Program-made: the position numbers and the translations under genes | Notes under the pieces: generated by a model | What the model saw: the letters and a program-made list of their open reading frames with translations, nothing else | Told to the model about the DNA's origin: nothing | The model's database searches: none | Part shown: one piece after another, positions 51,717 through 64,000 of the stretch | Numbering within the stretch: position 1 is the first letter of the stretch | Layout of the letters: each line of letters starts with the position of its first letter | Assembly: GCA_028534125.1 (NCBI GenBank) | Contig: CM052816.1 | Location: 34,288,001 to 34,352,000, forward strand | DNA length: 64,000 nt | DNA from: Lama glama | Lineage: Eukaryota | Direction of reading: 5' to 3'

Positions 51717-54700
51717 AACATCCAGCAGCATCATTTAGGCCACACTCGGTGCCCTATAGACCCCTCCAGAGGTGCCAAGAAGATTTTCACTTTACATGGC
51801 TTCCAAACACTTAAACCATTACCTCCCACCCCTGGGGTGCTGGAAAACAAAGCTGAGAATTTATAAAGAAAAAGCTATTCAGTGTTTTCATTCTCAAAGA
51901 GCAAGATGATTCAGAAAAAAATTAATGAACTTGAAAAGGGAAGAAATTTAAATTTGGAATTACAAACTTTCATATGCATGGCCATGAATATGTAATTTCC
52001 CTGGTAAACTTTAAAATGTTGGCCAGGGAAAATATTCACCCTATTATGAATATAACGGAGTTCCTGTAAATACGATGCACGACCTCCTAACTTGCATACC
52101 GAATTAGATGCTGGAGACACTGCTGCATCATACACGCCAGTTTCTTAATTTCTGTAAATACATACATGCCCTATTGAATCCAAGTGATCACCAGCAGTAG
52201 TAAATAATATCAAATCCAAGTCGGATATACCTTATGGATAAAGTCACCAAGGAAACTGAAATCTTGATATACTACCACTGTTAAAATTTGCCAGACACAA
52301 TTACATAGACCCTTATATTTCCAATATCACTTCACTCAAATCCTAACGTTTTATTCAGTTCCATTTTCTGAGGTGACCTTGTCACTTGACCCAACTGGTC
52401 TAAAGGAGTGGTCTGGCTATGGTTTGATCAAAGGGAAAAGTCCCTAGGCTTCAAATCAGCAACTGCTCAGAGCCCCAAGCCTGACTCTGCCATCACTACA
52501 TTGCATAAACTTGAGTAAGAAATATCAGGTATCTGTTCTCTTTCTTCATCTGCAGAACAAAGGTGGGAAAGGGGGATAATGAGTCATTCTGGAAGGTTCG
52601 TTCCAGTTCTACATTCTACAAACTGTGAAAAGGCTTTTAAAAGCTTCCTTTAAAAAATAATTTAGTTATTGTAAATTAGCTCTTTAAGGCTTTCTTAAGA
52701 AATATTAAAAATGCTATTTCTATGCATGAAGTTTTCATTTTAAGAGTGAATATATATTAATTTCCAAATGAGGTCTAGGAACATCTTTTACTTCAATTTA
52801 CAAACCTACCTTTATTCCAGTTATAATACTAAAAATTAAAATTTGCAGGAGTCCAAGAATGTCACTTAGTCACAATCTCAACAAAAACATTAATAATCTA
52901 AACAAAACCATTAACCCTTGCCCCAACTTGGCAGATCACCTGATTCACATTTTTTAATTCCGTCATTTACTCAGCAAGCCAACCAGTGTTCATTCAGCGC
53001 CCAGTATGTGCTATGCACCCTGTCAGATGTCACAGTTACAAAGAAAAACAAGCTGCTGTCCCAAGGAGCTTACGATCTCCTGAACGGTTTGACATAAAAC
53101 AGAAAATAATCTGTCTACTTAGTCATCTCTGAGGAGGACCAGCCTACACAACTCAATTCAGTAAATCAGGAAGTGATGGTAATTATACAGAAGTTTTTTC
53201 TAAGCCAATTATCATTTTTTCTGTGCTAACTTGGTGTCAGGAATCACAGACACAAGTACTGTCTACCTTTCATAGCGTGTGGTATATCCATAGCATGTGT
53301 CTTTGGGCTTATTCTGAAGTCACTCTGTGTTTACCTCTGTTTTTATTTCGTATCCCACTTTAATACACGTTATTTTGGGGGTATTTCATGTATCATTTTA
53401 GTCTGCTTCAAGTCATTTCTAGAAAAAGACAGTGTATGAATAAATAAACCCCGACACTGCCAAATTTATACAAATGTTTAATTCCAAGAGGCTTTCCACA
53501 ACTGGAATTTTTCATAAGTCAAAAAAAAAGTCTTCCTTTCTTTTAAATTTTAATTTTCTATTTTAAATCAGCCTTCTTATGCCAAGGAACTGTTCCTGCA
53601 CTCTGAATGCACTTGGTCCTTTCTCTGTCATGATTAAAATAAGAAAAAAGGGAAAAAGTAATTATCCAGATAAAACTGTGTTGTCATGAGCTAATTCCGA
53701 AAGAGTCTGCACTGAAACTGAATGAAACAAGAGGAGACTTGAAGCAAAGGCCAAAGAAGTTGCTGCCAACTTTATGCATTCACTTGGAGACAGTCCTCAT
53801 AGTTGTGTTTCCAAACATAAACCAAAATTTTCTCGTCTCTTTAAAATGCTATAATGTCCTTTATAACCCAGAGAGGTGTTGTCAAGAGCTCTCAGATCCT
53901 TGCCATACATGACCTCATTTTACATTCCCATGACCTGGGCTCACACAAGGATGACTCTACGTTCCTTGGGTAGAGTATAAGCAATGAGATCCTGTGGCAA
54001 GGAATGAGCTTATATGCTTTGTAACTTTCCCAAACTGAGGACAGTGCCTGGCGTACAGTCAATGCTTGATTGATGCTCGGGATTCAGAAACAATACTGGA
54101 TCCAGACGACAGTTCAATCAATCAGAAGGCTCCAACAAGTTCAGGAATCTATGAGGGCACAAGGAATTCTGATTCAATGTTTTATGATGTGTAGATGGGG
54201 TGTTTTCCTGATAAACTGTTTGTCTGAAAGTGTATTTTCTTAGACTGAAAAGATTCTAACTTCTCAGAGCAGGTTTAATAAATGCCACAAAGATGATGAA
54301 GCTATCATAAATTGGTTCCAGACCTCACCCTTTCTATACAGTTATTAATACTAAAATAAGCTTGGATAGGGAAGAAGGGGCACGGGGTAGTGATAAAAAG
54401 GAAGGTTTCCTATTTCTGTAAATCGTCATACCATCCAAGTAAATTGTTAAAATGCTTATCCTTAATTTATCAAAACATCATTTCCTATGTAAACTTTCAA
54501 AGGATAACTTTCTGTTAAAAAATGTCATTTGATTCAGTGTGACCACCATCTGTGGAGATTTAAGGCTATGAACAGACTACGCATTCATACTACTATGACT
54601 AGCTTCAAAAACATTTTAGAAGCTAAAACATTGATAAAATAATTTAAAATGCTTTAGAATGCAAAAAACTTAATGGTCCAAAATAAAATTGCATTAATAA

Positions 54701-55519
54701 TGAAAAGCTCTGATGGAGCTAACAGTATGCAGCAAAGGCTTAAGGAAGCATCAAGGTTAAATCAAGAGTAAAATGAATCCTTTTGCAGCTAGGATGACCA
54801 TTATCCAGCCAAAGGGAAGTCCAGGCATCTGGCCTGGTTCCATGGGATGAAGAGAGAGCTATTGTAGAAGAGGTCCAAGTAAAGCCACTAGGCTGGCAGA
54901 CCCTAATGTCAGACTTTTAACGCCTGGTGCCTGCCTGCTCGTGGCCTGCGAGTTGATGCATAGAATTTACTGCAGTTTGACTAGCTCGTATTCTGGACAT
55001 CATAGGGGTCTGGAGTCATGATAATCAAATCAAGGGAACTAAGAATTTTTTGCTCAGTCTAAGCTTCACTGTCAGGTCAGTTAAAACTTCTGGACCATTC
55101 TATCCAGAACTAACTAACTATCCTCGAGATTGGCGGAAGGAGGGGTGACAAGGCTATAAGATTAGTGTTTCCAGCATGGACCAATTTAAAGGACAAATGT
55201 GAAGCCAAAGCCTGTTCTTGAAATACTGTACCGTTAGGCTCTCAGTGATGGTCTTAGAAGTAGCTACTAGGAAGCACCATGAGCAATCACGAGGCCTCTT
55301 AATGTCATACTTAAAAGAAAATGGAGCCTATTTTGAGCTAATTGCATTGAAAATGACAGTATCGTTTTTAATTTGTTAGATTTGCTCACCCTTTTCTTGC
55401 TCTTTAACTCTCGCACATAAATGACCCAGAATCCTATGTGTACACTTTTTTTGTTAAAGGAAACAGAAGAAAGGCTTTTTACCAAAAGTTTTATATGAAC
55501 ATTTGATCCTGTCACAGGC

Positions 55520-55960
55520 AAGTGTTTGTCCAATATACATTTATTGCCTATTACGTGCCAAGTCCAGTGCTGACAGCTGCAAAGAAGAAAAAGGAAAAAT
55601 ATACATGAAGCCTGCCTTCATGAAGCTTGTATTCTAATGATGAAGAAAAATAATGAAAAAATAACTATAAATATATGAGGGTCAAAAGATGGACAGACTA
55701 TTAAGGGCATAGGTAACAAGGGAACCAACCTCTTCTGTGGTCCAGGAGAAGACATGAAGTTTAAGTTAACATTTGAAAGTGAGCAGAAGTTTATCAGATG
55801 AAGAGTGGGGCAAAAGAGTTTCCAGGACTCCAGGTGCTGAAAGATGGGTTGGGTAACTACAATGCAAGAACAAAGAAGAGGCCAAGAGTTCGGCAGTGCC
55901 CAGTGCAAAAGTCCCAGTAAACTACGGTAAAGTATTCCAGATTTTATCATTAAGTGCCTC
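55520..55960 (-). mobile_element. L2 3' fragment
   Basis: acatttattgcctattacgtgccaag...cctgccttcatgaagcttgtattctaatg...tttgaaagtgagcagaagtttatcagatg. Confidence 0.65.
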
Positions 55961-56134
55961 AGAAGCTACCAATTGAGAAAGATGGCTTATTGGTGCCTAT
56001 TATCATTTCTAGAGGAAAGGTAATTACTACTGATGGTACCCTGTGTCTTAAGACATGTTTCAAATACAAAGTTTCATTTAAAATTTTGCAACACATTCAC
56101 ATTTTGGGGAAAAATAAAAACAAAGGGAGCTTTA

Positions 56135-56245
56135 TTTGGTGGGGGATAGGTAATTAGGTTTATTTATTTATTCATTTTTGGAGGAGGTGCTGGGGATTGA
56201 ACCCAGGACCTTCCTTTGTGGGGAGTGGAGCCATATCCACTCCCC
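56135..56245 (-). mobile_element. Camelid tRNA-derived SINE (Vic-1-like), internally rearranged
   Basis: ggtaattaggtttatttatttatt...ggaggtgctggggattgaacccaggacct...agccatatccactcccc (antisense B box). TSD acaaagggagcttta (56120-56134) / acaaaggaaacttta (56246-56260). Confidence 0.85.
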
Positions 56246-58479
56246 ACAAAGGAAACTTTAAATGAACGGTTTTATATAAATTAAATTCAAGTGCAAATGT
56301 TCCCACAGTTTGCTTTTCCTCTTTAATGCCATAACTTATAACAGAAGCCTTAATTAGGAAACTATGACAATGGGTAGAAATGAACATACCAATAGAATCA
56401 GATGTATCTTAGTATGGGTATTGTGAAATGGGACTGGAGTATTATTTAGAATCGTTATTGTTAGCTTCTTTCATGCTTCAGGGGCAAATCAGGAAGTGAA
56501 GAGAGATTTAATCCAATCAGCCAGAACAACTCTTCCCTCAGGATAGTAGTTAAGTCAGGTGCAAAGTGAGGTGTTTTAGCTCCTAATCCCAAGAGCTCCC
56601 CTTACAACACCGGAGCAGTCACCTGGAAATCCCAACTCTCTCCAGCTCTGTTTATCATGCATGTTATTTGTTCTTCTAGGTCTCTTCCCCAGGAAAAAGA
56701 TTCCCAACACAAACAGTTCCCTCATCCTGCTCAAAGAGGGGACAAAAAAAAAAAAAAAATTCATCCCATAGACAAAGCTTGAGAGACAAAAGCTCCCCGA
56801 AGAGGTAAGAGTTCTAGCTCAAACTTTGCAAGGAGACTTCTCTACAAGCTTTCCCAGATTCCTTAAAGATTTCTCTTTACTCTGAAATTCCTCCTTTATA
56901 GAATCTTTTTCATGAGCAGGAAGAGATTGCAAATAGGGGGAAGAGGGATTCAAGGTCACTAAGCATCTTGGAGTTGGGAAGAGGAGACAGAAATGTTTGT
57001 CTGGAGCCTGGCTGAGGAGGGACTCCTGACTTTCCAGAGGTAGCCCTCTAAGCAAACCACTGGTTTGGTTATTTCTAAGAATAGCCTCCAAAAGAACAAG
57101 AAATACCCAGACTAGGGGTTTTTCACCTACATGGCAAAATTTCTGCCAAGACTATTATGGTCATTGAAAGGGGAACAAAGACATAAAATAATGTCTGGCC
57201 AGGAAATCAAAGCAAGAGAACCACCCCCCCACAAAACTGCATCACTGTAAGTAGGTGTTTGGCTTCATTCTATTTCAAAGTGAGGTTTCCAATACAGTTT
57301 TGTTCTCTTCTTGAAAGGGCTAACTATAGTGGTATTTCCAGAGAAACATGTGGTTGTTACCGTGGTTTTATTACTACGTTTTCCAAAGAGCTAGTGTGAC
57401 TTAAAAGCAAGACCAGTTTTCAAATATTTGGTTGTTTTATCTTCAAACTCTTGAAAGTAACAGCATTCATATTTATAGATTCCTGTATACACAGAGATGT
57501 GCAGAGAAGCAGTCAATGTCTGCCTTTGGCTTTACTTTCAAGGAAACGAAGACAAACTTACAAAAATATGAAGATTTCAAGTGGTATCAGTGTGCAAATG
57601 TATGTATTTATTTAGCTGTTTATTTGATTTGTGAAATCATGGTTTTTTTTTTTTGGTGATACAGACTCTTGAGGGAGTCAATGCAAAATAATGTTTAATT
57701 TAAATAGATCACAAACAACATTGGCTGCCACATATTAGCATCAGAAACTCACCATAATAAAAAGAAGCTCCCCTCGTCCCGCTGCTGGGGCTTTGCAATC
57801 AGGTCAGGCAGAGAAAATTCTACAAATGAGATCCCTTCAAGGGAAGTCCTCTTTCCCTGAAGACTGAATTTCTAAACTGTAGCTGGAGTGCTTCAAGTCA
57901 TTTTAATTATGATGAGGGCACAAGGGGAGAGGTGCAATTTCCAAGACTGGGGCTAAGTTATTTTGGGACTTAGAGGCCAGTGTCTTATCTAGAATTATAC
58001 TTGGAAGGGAAAAGGCAGCCTACGCACACTGGGGCCTAGTACCCCCATAGCCTGCAGCACTTATCAAGCACTCATGGCAGAAATGCTGTATTCCCAGAGG
58101 ATATCAAAGGTACGTCACTCAAACTCAAATTATAACTAAATACTGATAGGGAAAATTGCTGGCAATGTAAAATCACCTAAAATGTTATGTACATATCTTC
58201 CCGGTCCATTTTGAAGTTTGGATACTCATTTAGAAAAGTACCCTCCTAATAATCTCAATTGTTGGTTGAAAGGAAAGAACAAGAAATCAGCAGAGTTGTG
58301 GGCAGGAAAGACCTGGCAGCCAAAGGGAGCAAAGGATGAAGGTGAGTTAGATTTAACCAGCAGTGAACTATTTGATAATATAAACCTAAATGTCCTGGTT
58401 CTTTTAAATTATAGGACTGTTTACTCTGAGGTGTTTAGTTCTTTTGAGGTTAAGTCAGTTTGGGGAAATAAGGAGGACT

Positions 58480-58894
58480 TCTGCTGTTTTGGTCTCCCCA
58501 ATAACCAATCCTTCCTCTTTGCTCAGTTTTCTTTTGGGAGCAACCTCTCTCGCACTCAGTGTAAGATGTGCTGAGGACTAGCCCACTCCACAGCTCCAGG
58601 ATGGGCACTGATCCATTTCTCACCAGTCACAGCATTTTATCCCCTTGGCTACAACAATTCAAAATATGCACACACGCCAAACACTGGACCAGCAAGAACT
58701 GAGAGTGAGTCAGATTTCTGCCACAATTAGGAGGAATGATCTTTCCCTGGGAAGGTGGTAGGAGATGCTAAGCTAAGGAGATATGAGTTAGCAGATCTGG
58801 ACACAGGAGTGATCAAATTAGACAAATTCTTATTCTGTTTAAGCCAGTTTGAATAATGTTCTGTCACTTGTGACCTACAGAGTAATGACTAACA
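58480..58894 (+). mobile_element. Old ERVL/MaLR LTR (LTR16/MLT1-like)
   Basis: 3' end aaattcttattctgtttaagccagtttgaa...ttctgtcacttgtgacctacagagtaatgactaaca. Confidence 0.55.
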
Positions 58895-59144
58895 AAGGAA
58901 GGGAACTAGGGTGTCCAAACCTGATAAGGTTGTGGGGTGGCAGAACAGAGGACTCTGCTGAGAGTCAGGGGCCTCAAGATCTCTTTCTCACTCTACTACT
59001 GACTGCGTGATTATGAGTCATGGACTCTCCATTTATGAAATTATGGAAAGAACTGGAAAGTGTAAATCCTAAACTTTAAAAAAAACTCCATTCTCAAATT
59101 TTACCCCAAGTCCCATTATCTGAAATAAGTCATGGTAACAACAG

Positions 59145-59395
59145 CAACAATAGGAGTGCTCACTGAGCATGTGCTCTCTGCAGACGTCTTGGTTCTAGAT
59201 GCTTCATCATGCTTCACTCATCTTAATCCTCACAAAATCCTAAATGCAAGTCTGGTTATAAATTTCATTTTACAGGGAAAGAAACTAAAGAACAGAAAGA
59301 TGAAGAAACTTCTCCAAGGTCACACAGCCATACAGAGTGGGCCTGGGATAGGATCCAGCTCCAGGGTCTGTGCTCTCAAGCACTCCTCTCCTAAC
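59145..59395 (-). mobile_element. MIR SINE
   Basis: tcttaatcctcacaaaatcct...cattttacagggaaagaaactaa...tctccaaggtcacacagc. Confidence 0.8.
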
Positions 59396-61387
59396 CAAAG
59401 CTTCTCTAGTTGAAGTGACGTGGGCAGGCTAGAAGCCCATCCCTGAAGCTCCACTTGGTAACCAAAAGGCTCTAAAGAGTGTGATAACCATAAAATTCTA
59501 TGACAGCTAAAATTTATTCCAACTCCAAATGTTTGCGTATATATATACTCAAGCATATTGTGCCAAATATGTTGTAACAAACCAGTCCTAAAACTATCTG
59601 AACAGCGCTCTACAAAGCCCCAAAGGGATAATCCCAGCAGCTCAGCCTCTAATCCCATTTGGGGGCTTCTCCCAGCCACTTACTAGGAAAACCACACAAC
59701 GGAGAATGTTTGACCTCTATCATTACTGCACCTTCTTCCTTCTAACATCATTTTACCTGCAGGTAGCATATCTGAAGCTACAGACAACTTTAGAAGACTG
59801 GAAACCAAAACAAGTATTTAGCCATCATTTTTGTAGACCATCTTCTCTGCCAGATCCAGGCACTTGGAGCTGTGCTCACTGCAGTTAAGAACTCAGGGTG
59901 GAGGAATCTAGTCAACAGCTGGAATTACAGGACCAGAGATAAAGAAACAGAAAGCTACAGATACTCATTTGGCAATAGGTTATTGACGCCCTAGGTGTGG
60001 TGAAATGCTTACCAAGCAACAAAAGAGTCAATTAGAGTGTCAATATTTAAGTGCTAGTAAGAAGAAAAGGAACCAGGGCAGAAATCTAGGAATGTCTGGT
60101 CAGAGAGGTACAATAAATACGTTTTATTTCAATGTGCAGAGTTGAATTCCCCTCTTTCTCATTTTTTCACCTTTTTCCTAAACCCCTATTCTTTTATGCA
60201 TCTACTGCCCAACAGGTAGCCACTTAATATACTTGATATATATTCTTATATATCCTTATATTCTTATAAAATATATTGTTTTGCTTTATGAATATGTGAG
60301 CTTTTAGTTTACATACATATTTTTGTGTTGAAAGCTTTTTCATTTCCTACTTTTGCCACTTAATTTTTTTTTTTTTGGTAAGAAATTGGTGGCTTCCTAC
60401 TTTTACATGGCATTCTGCAGTTACACCTACCACACTTAAATTTCCCATGCCCATCATGTTGTATACCCAGGTTCCCTGTAAGAGCAGACATGCTTGTTCC
60501 TGCTTCACATTACAGTAGCTTCTCCTATCTCCTTAAAGGTGATTGCTATGGGTATTTTAAATTCTTGATCTCTCTGTTCCATTCATTCTGCTTCCATAAA
60601 GGCTCTTTTCTCTTGGCTGTGCTATTCACTATTTGATTGCTTAGCCTGTGACTTGTTCTTCCCCTGGGGGCATCAGTTATCTTGACTGGTAATGTGTTCA
60701 CAGTCTGGGTTTGATCACCCCTCACTGTTCTCTGCTTATCAAGCGATGCTATGCCTGAAGAGATCCCTCCATTTCTCAGGCCCAGGCACTCCTTTCTTGG
60801 AAAGCTTTTATCTTTCAGCTACAACTGCCTAGAGGGGAAAGTATGAGGGGTTAAAGAAGGGAGTGCCTGACTGTGGGCCAGACATCCTGCATCTGTGCTT
60901 ATCTGCCCATGACCCCACCCTTCTCCTAGGCTAATGCTGCCCCTCAGTCCCCTTCACCAACAAACTGGGGCTGGTGTTGAGATGTGCTCCTGCCCCACTG
61001 TGGAGGGGAACAAGCACCCACTAGCCATCCCAGGCAACGTGATAGAGAAGTGTCCAACAAGAGTCTTCCTCGCTGTGGCGCCTGGCCTTTCTCTACCTCT
61101 GCTTGTCATTTCCTATCCTTTCTGTCACAGTCACTCTCCCACTTCCAGGGTTTCTCGCGGTCTTTTGCTTTCATCCTCGGGAATCTCCAGGATTGGGCTG
61201 TGGAGTCATCCAGAAGGTTGTATTAAGTCTCCGTCTTGTCAGTTCCAAGACACAATCCAGGACTGGGTTTGTCTCCCCACTAGGCTCCAAGTCTCCTTGA
61301 AGGTAGGCACTGAGTAATGGTACACCTGAACTACCAATCCCTAGATCGGCATCAGTGAATTACAGAAACCAAAGCGAGTTTGTTGAA

Positions 61388-61800
61388 TGTTACGGGTTCA
61401 ACTGAGTCACCCCTAAAGAAGATATGCTACAGTCTTACCTGCCGGTACAGCAGAATGGGACCGTATGCGGATATGGGGTCTTTACAGAGGTAATCAAGTT
61501 AAAAAGTGGTCTTTAGGGTGGGCCCTATTCCAATATGACTGATGTCCTTATAAAAAGGGGAAATTTTGACACAGAGAAAGAAATGCATAGAGAGAAAACA
61601 ATGTGAATGACACAAAGTAAAAATGGTTGCCTGTAAGCCAAAGAGAACAGATTCTTCCCTCACAGCCCTCAGAAGGGACCATCCCCAGCCCAGGACACTT
61701 TAAGACTTCCAGCCTTCAGAGCTGTGAGATAATAAATTTCTGTGGCTTAAGCCACCCAGTTTGCAATACTTTATTATGGCAGTTCCAGAAAACTAACACA
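61388..61800 (+). mobile_element. MaLR solo LTR (MLT1B-like)
   Basis: TG...CA ends (tgttacgggttcaactg...aaactaacaca); 5-bp TSD-like ttgaa/tagaa. Confidence 0.88.
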
Positions 61801-62760
61801 TAGAATGAAAAAATATATGAATGTTTTGAACAAGAGAAGAAGGAAGAGGGTACTACAACAGCACCTGACGCAGGAGGGAGTTTCAAGGAGGAGGATACAA
61901 TCCTCGGAGCCAAATGCTGCCGATGGTTCAGTAGCATGAGGTATAATACTGTCCTTTGGATGTGATAGCTGACAATTTTATAGTGCTTTATTTCTTTATG
62001 TTCTCAGTGAAATCATTCTCAGTGGGATGGTGAAGATAGAAACTCAGTTATAGGGGGGAACAGAAGTCCAAGGAAAAGTAAGAAAGTGGGAGAAGGATAC
62101 AAATCCTTGGCAAGTTTGAAAAATTACTGAAAAAGGAAATAAATTGATAGCTTGACAAAGGGGTTTTCTGCAGGATGGAGAACTGGGTCTGTTTGTGGGA
62201 TGAAAAGAAATGCCAGATCAAGGAAATGTTGACAATACAGTAATACATAGTTCAACTGCCTTTACAGAAACTGTCTCTCTGCTTAGGCATAAATCACAGC
62301 CCTAATGACAGATTCCACTTTCCTCACTGCAAGGCAGGTGACCAACTTCCTGACACATCTACAGAATTTGTCTATTTCTGTCAGTCCTCAGAATACCCCT
62401 GCAACTACCTGTGTCAACAGACAAGTTAACAGGGGAGAAGGGAGCCTCCTGTAGAGCACACTTTACCCTGCTCCTTGCACTCCCTTCACCTCTACTTCCT
62501 CTTACCCAAGAAGGCGAGTCTAACTGGATTCCATCCCTTCAGCGTTGGTTCAAAAGTTAATCCCCGCTGAAATGGTGGCTAGCTGGCTGGCAATGGCTAA
62601 GGCATGATCATCTCTAATATAAATGCACACACGAACACACAGGCACGTGAGAATATGAACTTTTGGAATCCAAAGCCTCCTGGCCCCAAAGAATATAATC
62701 CTCAGTGATTTCTTGGGAAGATAAAGAGTTCGGGGCTGGTGATATTTTAGGATGGGATGT

Positions 62761-63136
62761 TGTTTTTGTCAGCTTAGGCTGCTAAAACAAAACACCATAG
62801 ACTAGGTGGCTTAAATAACAGACTTTTATGTCTCACAGTTATTAAGGTTGGGATGCCTAAGATCAAGGAGCTAGCAGATTCAGACTTTGGTGCGGGCTTG
62901 CTTCCTGGCTTGCAGACAGATGCCTTCTCCCTGTGTCCTCACATCGAGAAGACAAAGTGCTCTGGTGTGTCTCCCTCTTCTTATAAGGGCATTAATCCCA
63001 CCTTGAGGACTTCACCCTCATGACCTCATCTAAACCTAGTCATCTCCCAAAGGCCCCAACACCCAACACCAACATATTGGCAACTAGGAATTTAACATAT
63101 GAGTTTGGGGGAGACACAAATATTTATTCCATAACA
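62761..63136 (-). mobile_element. MaLR solo LTR (MLT1A-like)
   Basis: ggctgctaaaacaaaacaccatagactaggtggcttaaa...ccctcatgacctcatctaaacct...tttattccataaca. Confidence 0.88.
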
Positions 63137-63284
63137 GGCACTTGTATAACCTCGTCTAAATAATATTCCACACCTCTTTTGCCTGATGTACAGTCATTCT
63201 TTGTATTTACTGGGAACTCACTCTTTTTCAGAGGTAGTATTCCGACCTGTCTGAGATCTCAAAGACAAGCATGAAAGGAGTTAG

Positions 63285-63540
63285 TTAGCAGCCAACTTGA
63301 GAAGACTTTTGGAGTCAGCAACTCCTGGGTCAAATTTCTAGTTCCACCACTTATTGATCAAATAAACTGGGAAGAATCACCTAGCACTGCAGAGCCTCAG
63401 TGTCCTCACCTGTAAAATTGTATAGTAATAACACCTACATCTAAGCTCTGTTATTATGTTTACTACATGAGATGATACATGGAAATCATTAGTTCTTGTC
63501 TGGCTTGGAATTAAGTCTTCTGTAAGTGTTAGCATTCATT
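63285..63540 (+). mobile_element. MIR SINE
   Basis: tttggagtcag...cctgggtcaaatttctagttccaccactta...gagcctcagtgtcctcacctgtaaaat. Confidence 0.8.
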
Positions 63541-64000
63541 TGCCCAACATAAACCCCACTTTTAGAAAATCAACCCATAAGCTAGTTGGCTCCACAGAAC
63601 TTAAAATTCTGTTAATGAAGAAAAATATTTTTTTCCCTACAATTCAAGAAAAACTTCTTAAAATACAAACACACTCCTGGTAAATTTAGCTGAATTCATG
63701 GTAGCATGAGTGACTGATGTAGTATTTTGAGGAGCACATTTTGATGAGGGAGGAAATACAGGCAGAGCGGGGCCTCTGCAACTATGTGGAATGAAGGTAT
63801 TGGAAGACAAGACATCAGCTGCAAAAGGTGAATTCACCTGCTTGCTGATACTACCTGGCCTCTCTGTGAATAAGGCCAACACTGAGAAGAGACTTTAACT
63901 TCTGAGCCAAGTGCAGTGGGACACAGCTCACTCGGCCACAGCTATTGAGGGGACAGAAACAGATAAATGTCCCAGAAACGTTGAATGTCCCAAACTCCAT

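Noticed and set aside
1..64000. CRISPR arrays, operons, defence systems, intact tRNA/rRNA genes
   Set aside because: Sequence is mammalian and repeat-rich; no regularly spaced repeat-spacer array seen, and tRNA-like boxes occur only in SINE heads

Overview
Mammalian non-coding DNA (intergenic or inside a very large intron), probably camelid (alpaca or camel), judging by a Vic-1-type tRNA SINE at ~56.1 kb and the young LINE-1 3' UTRs. I found no recognisable host protein-coding gene and no intact RNA gene. Almost all ORFs in the track are chance ORFs, repeat-derived, or artefacts of a 500-N assembly gap (8378-8877). The window is a layered repeat landscape: an ERVL-type internal region, a young LINE-1 with intact 5' end and perfect 16-bp TSD (5937-9077), older L1s, L2, MIR, CR1, MaLR/ERV LTRs, Tigger2 and MER20. 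The most notable items are: a probable LF-SINE (~51.5 kb) beside a CpG-retaining segment; a 20-nt L1 3' transduction tag; a perfect 19-bp template-switch hairpin inside the SINE; a twin-priming L1 inversion; an L2 fragment duplicated into a younger L1; a possible Gypsy integrase relic; and three candidate minus-strand exons. I cannot support a claim of a new biological system. Repeat family names come from recalled consensus sequences, not a database search, and boundaries of old repeats are approximate.
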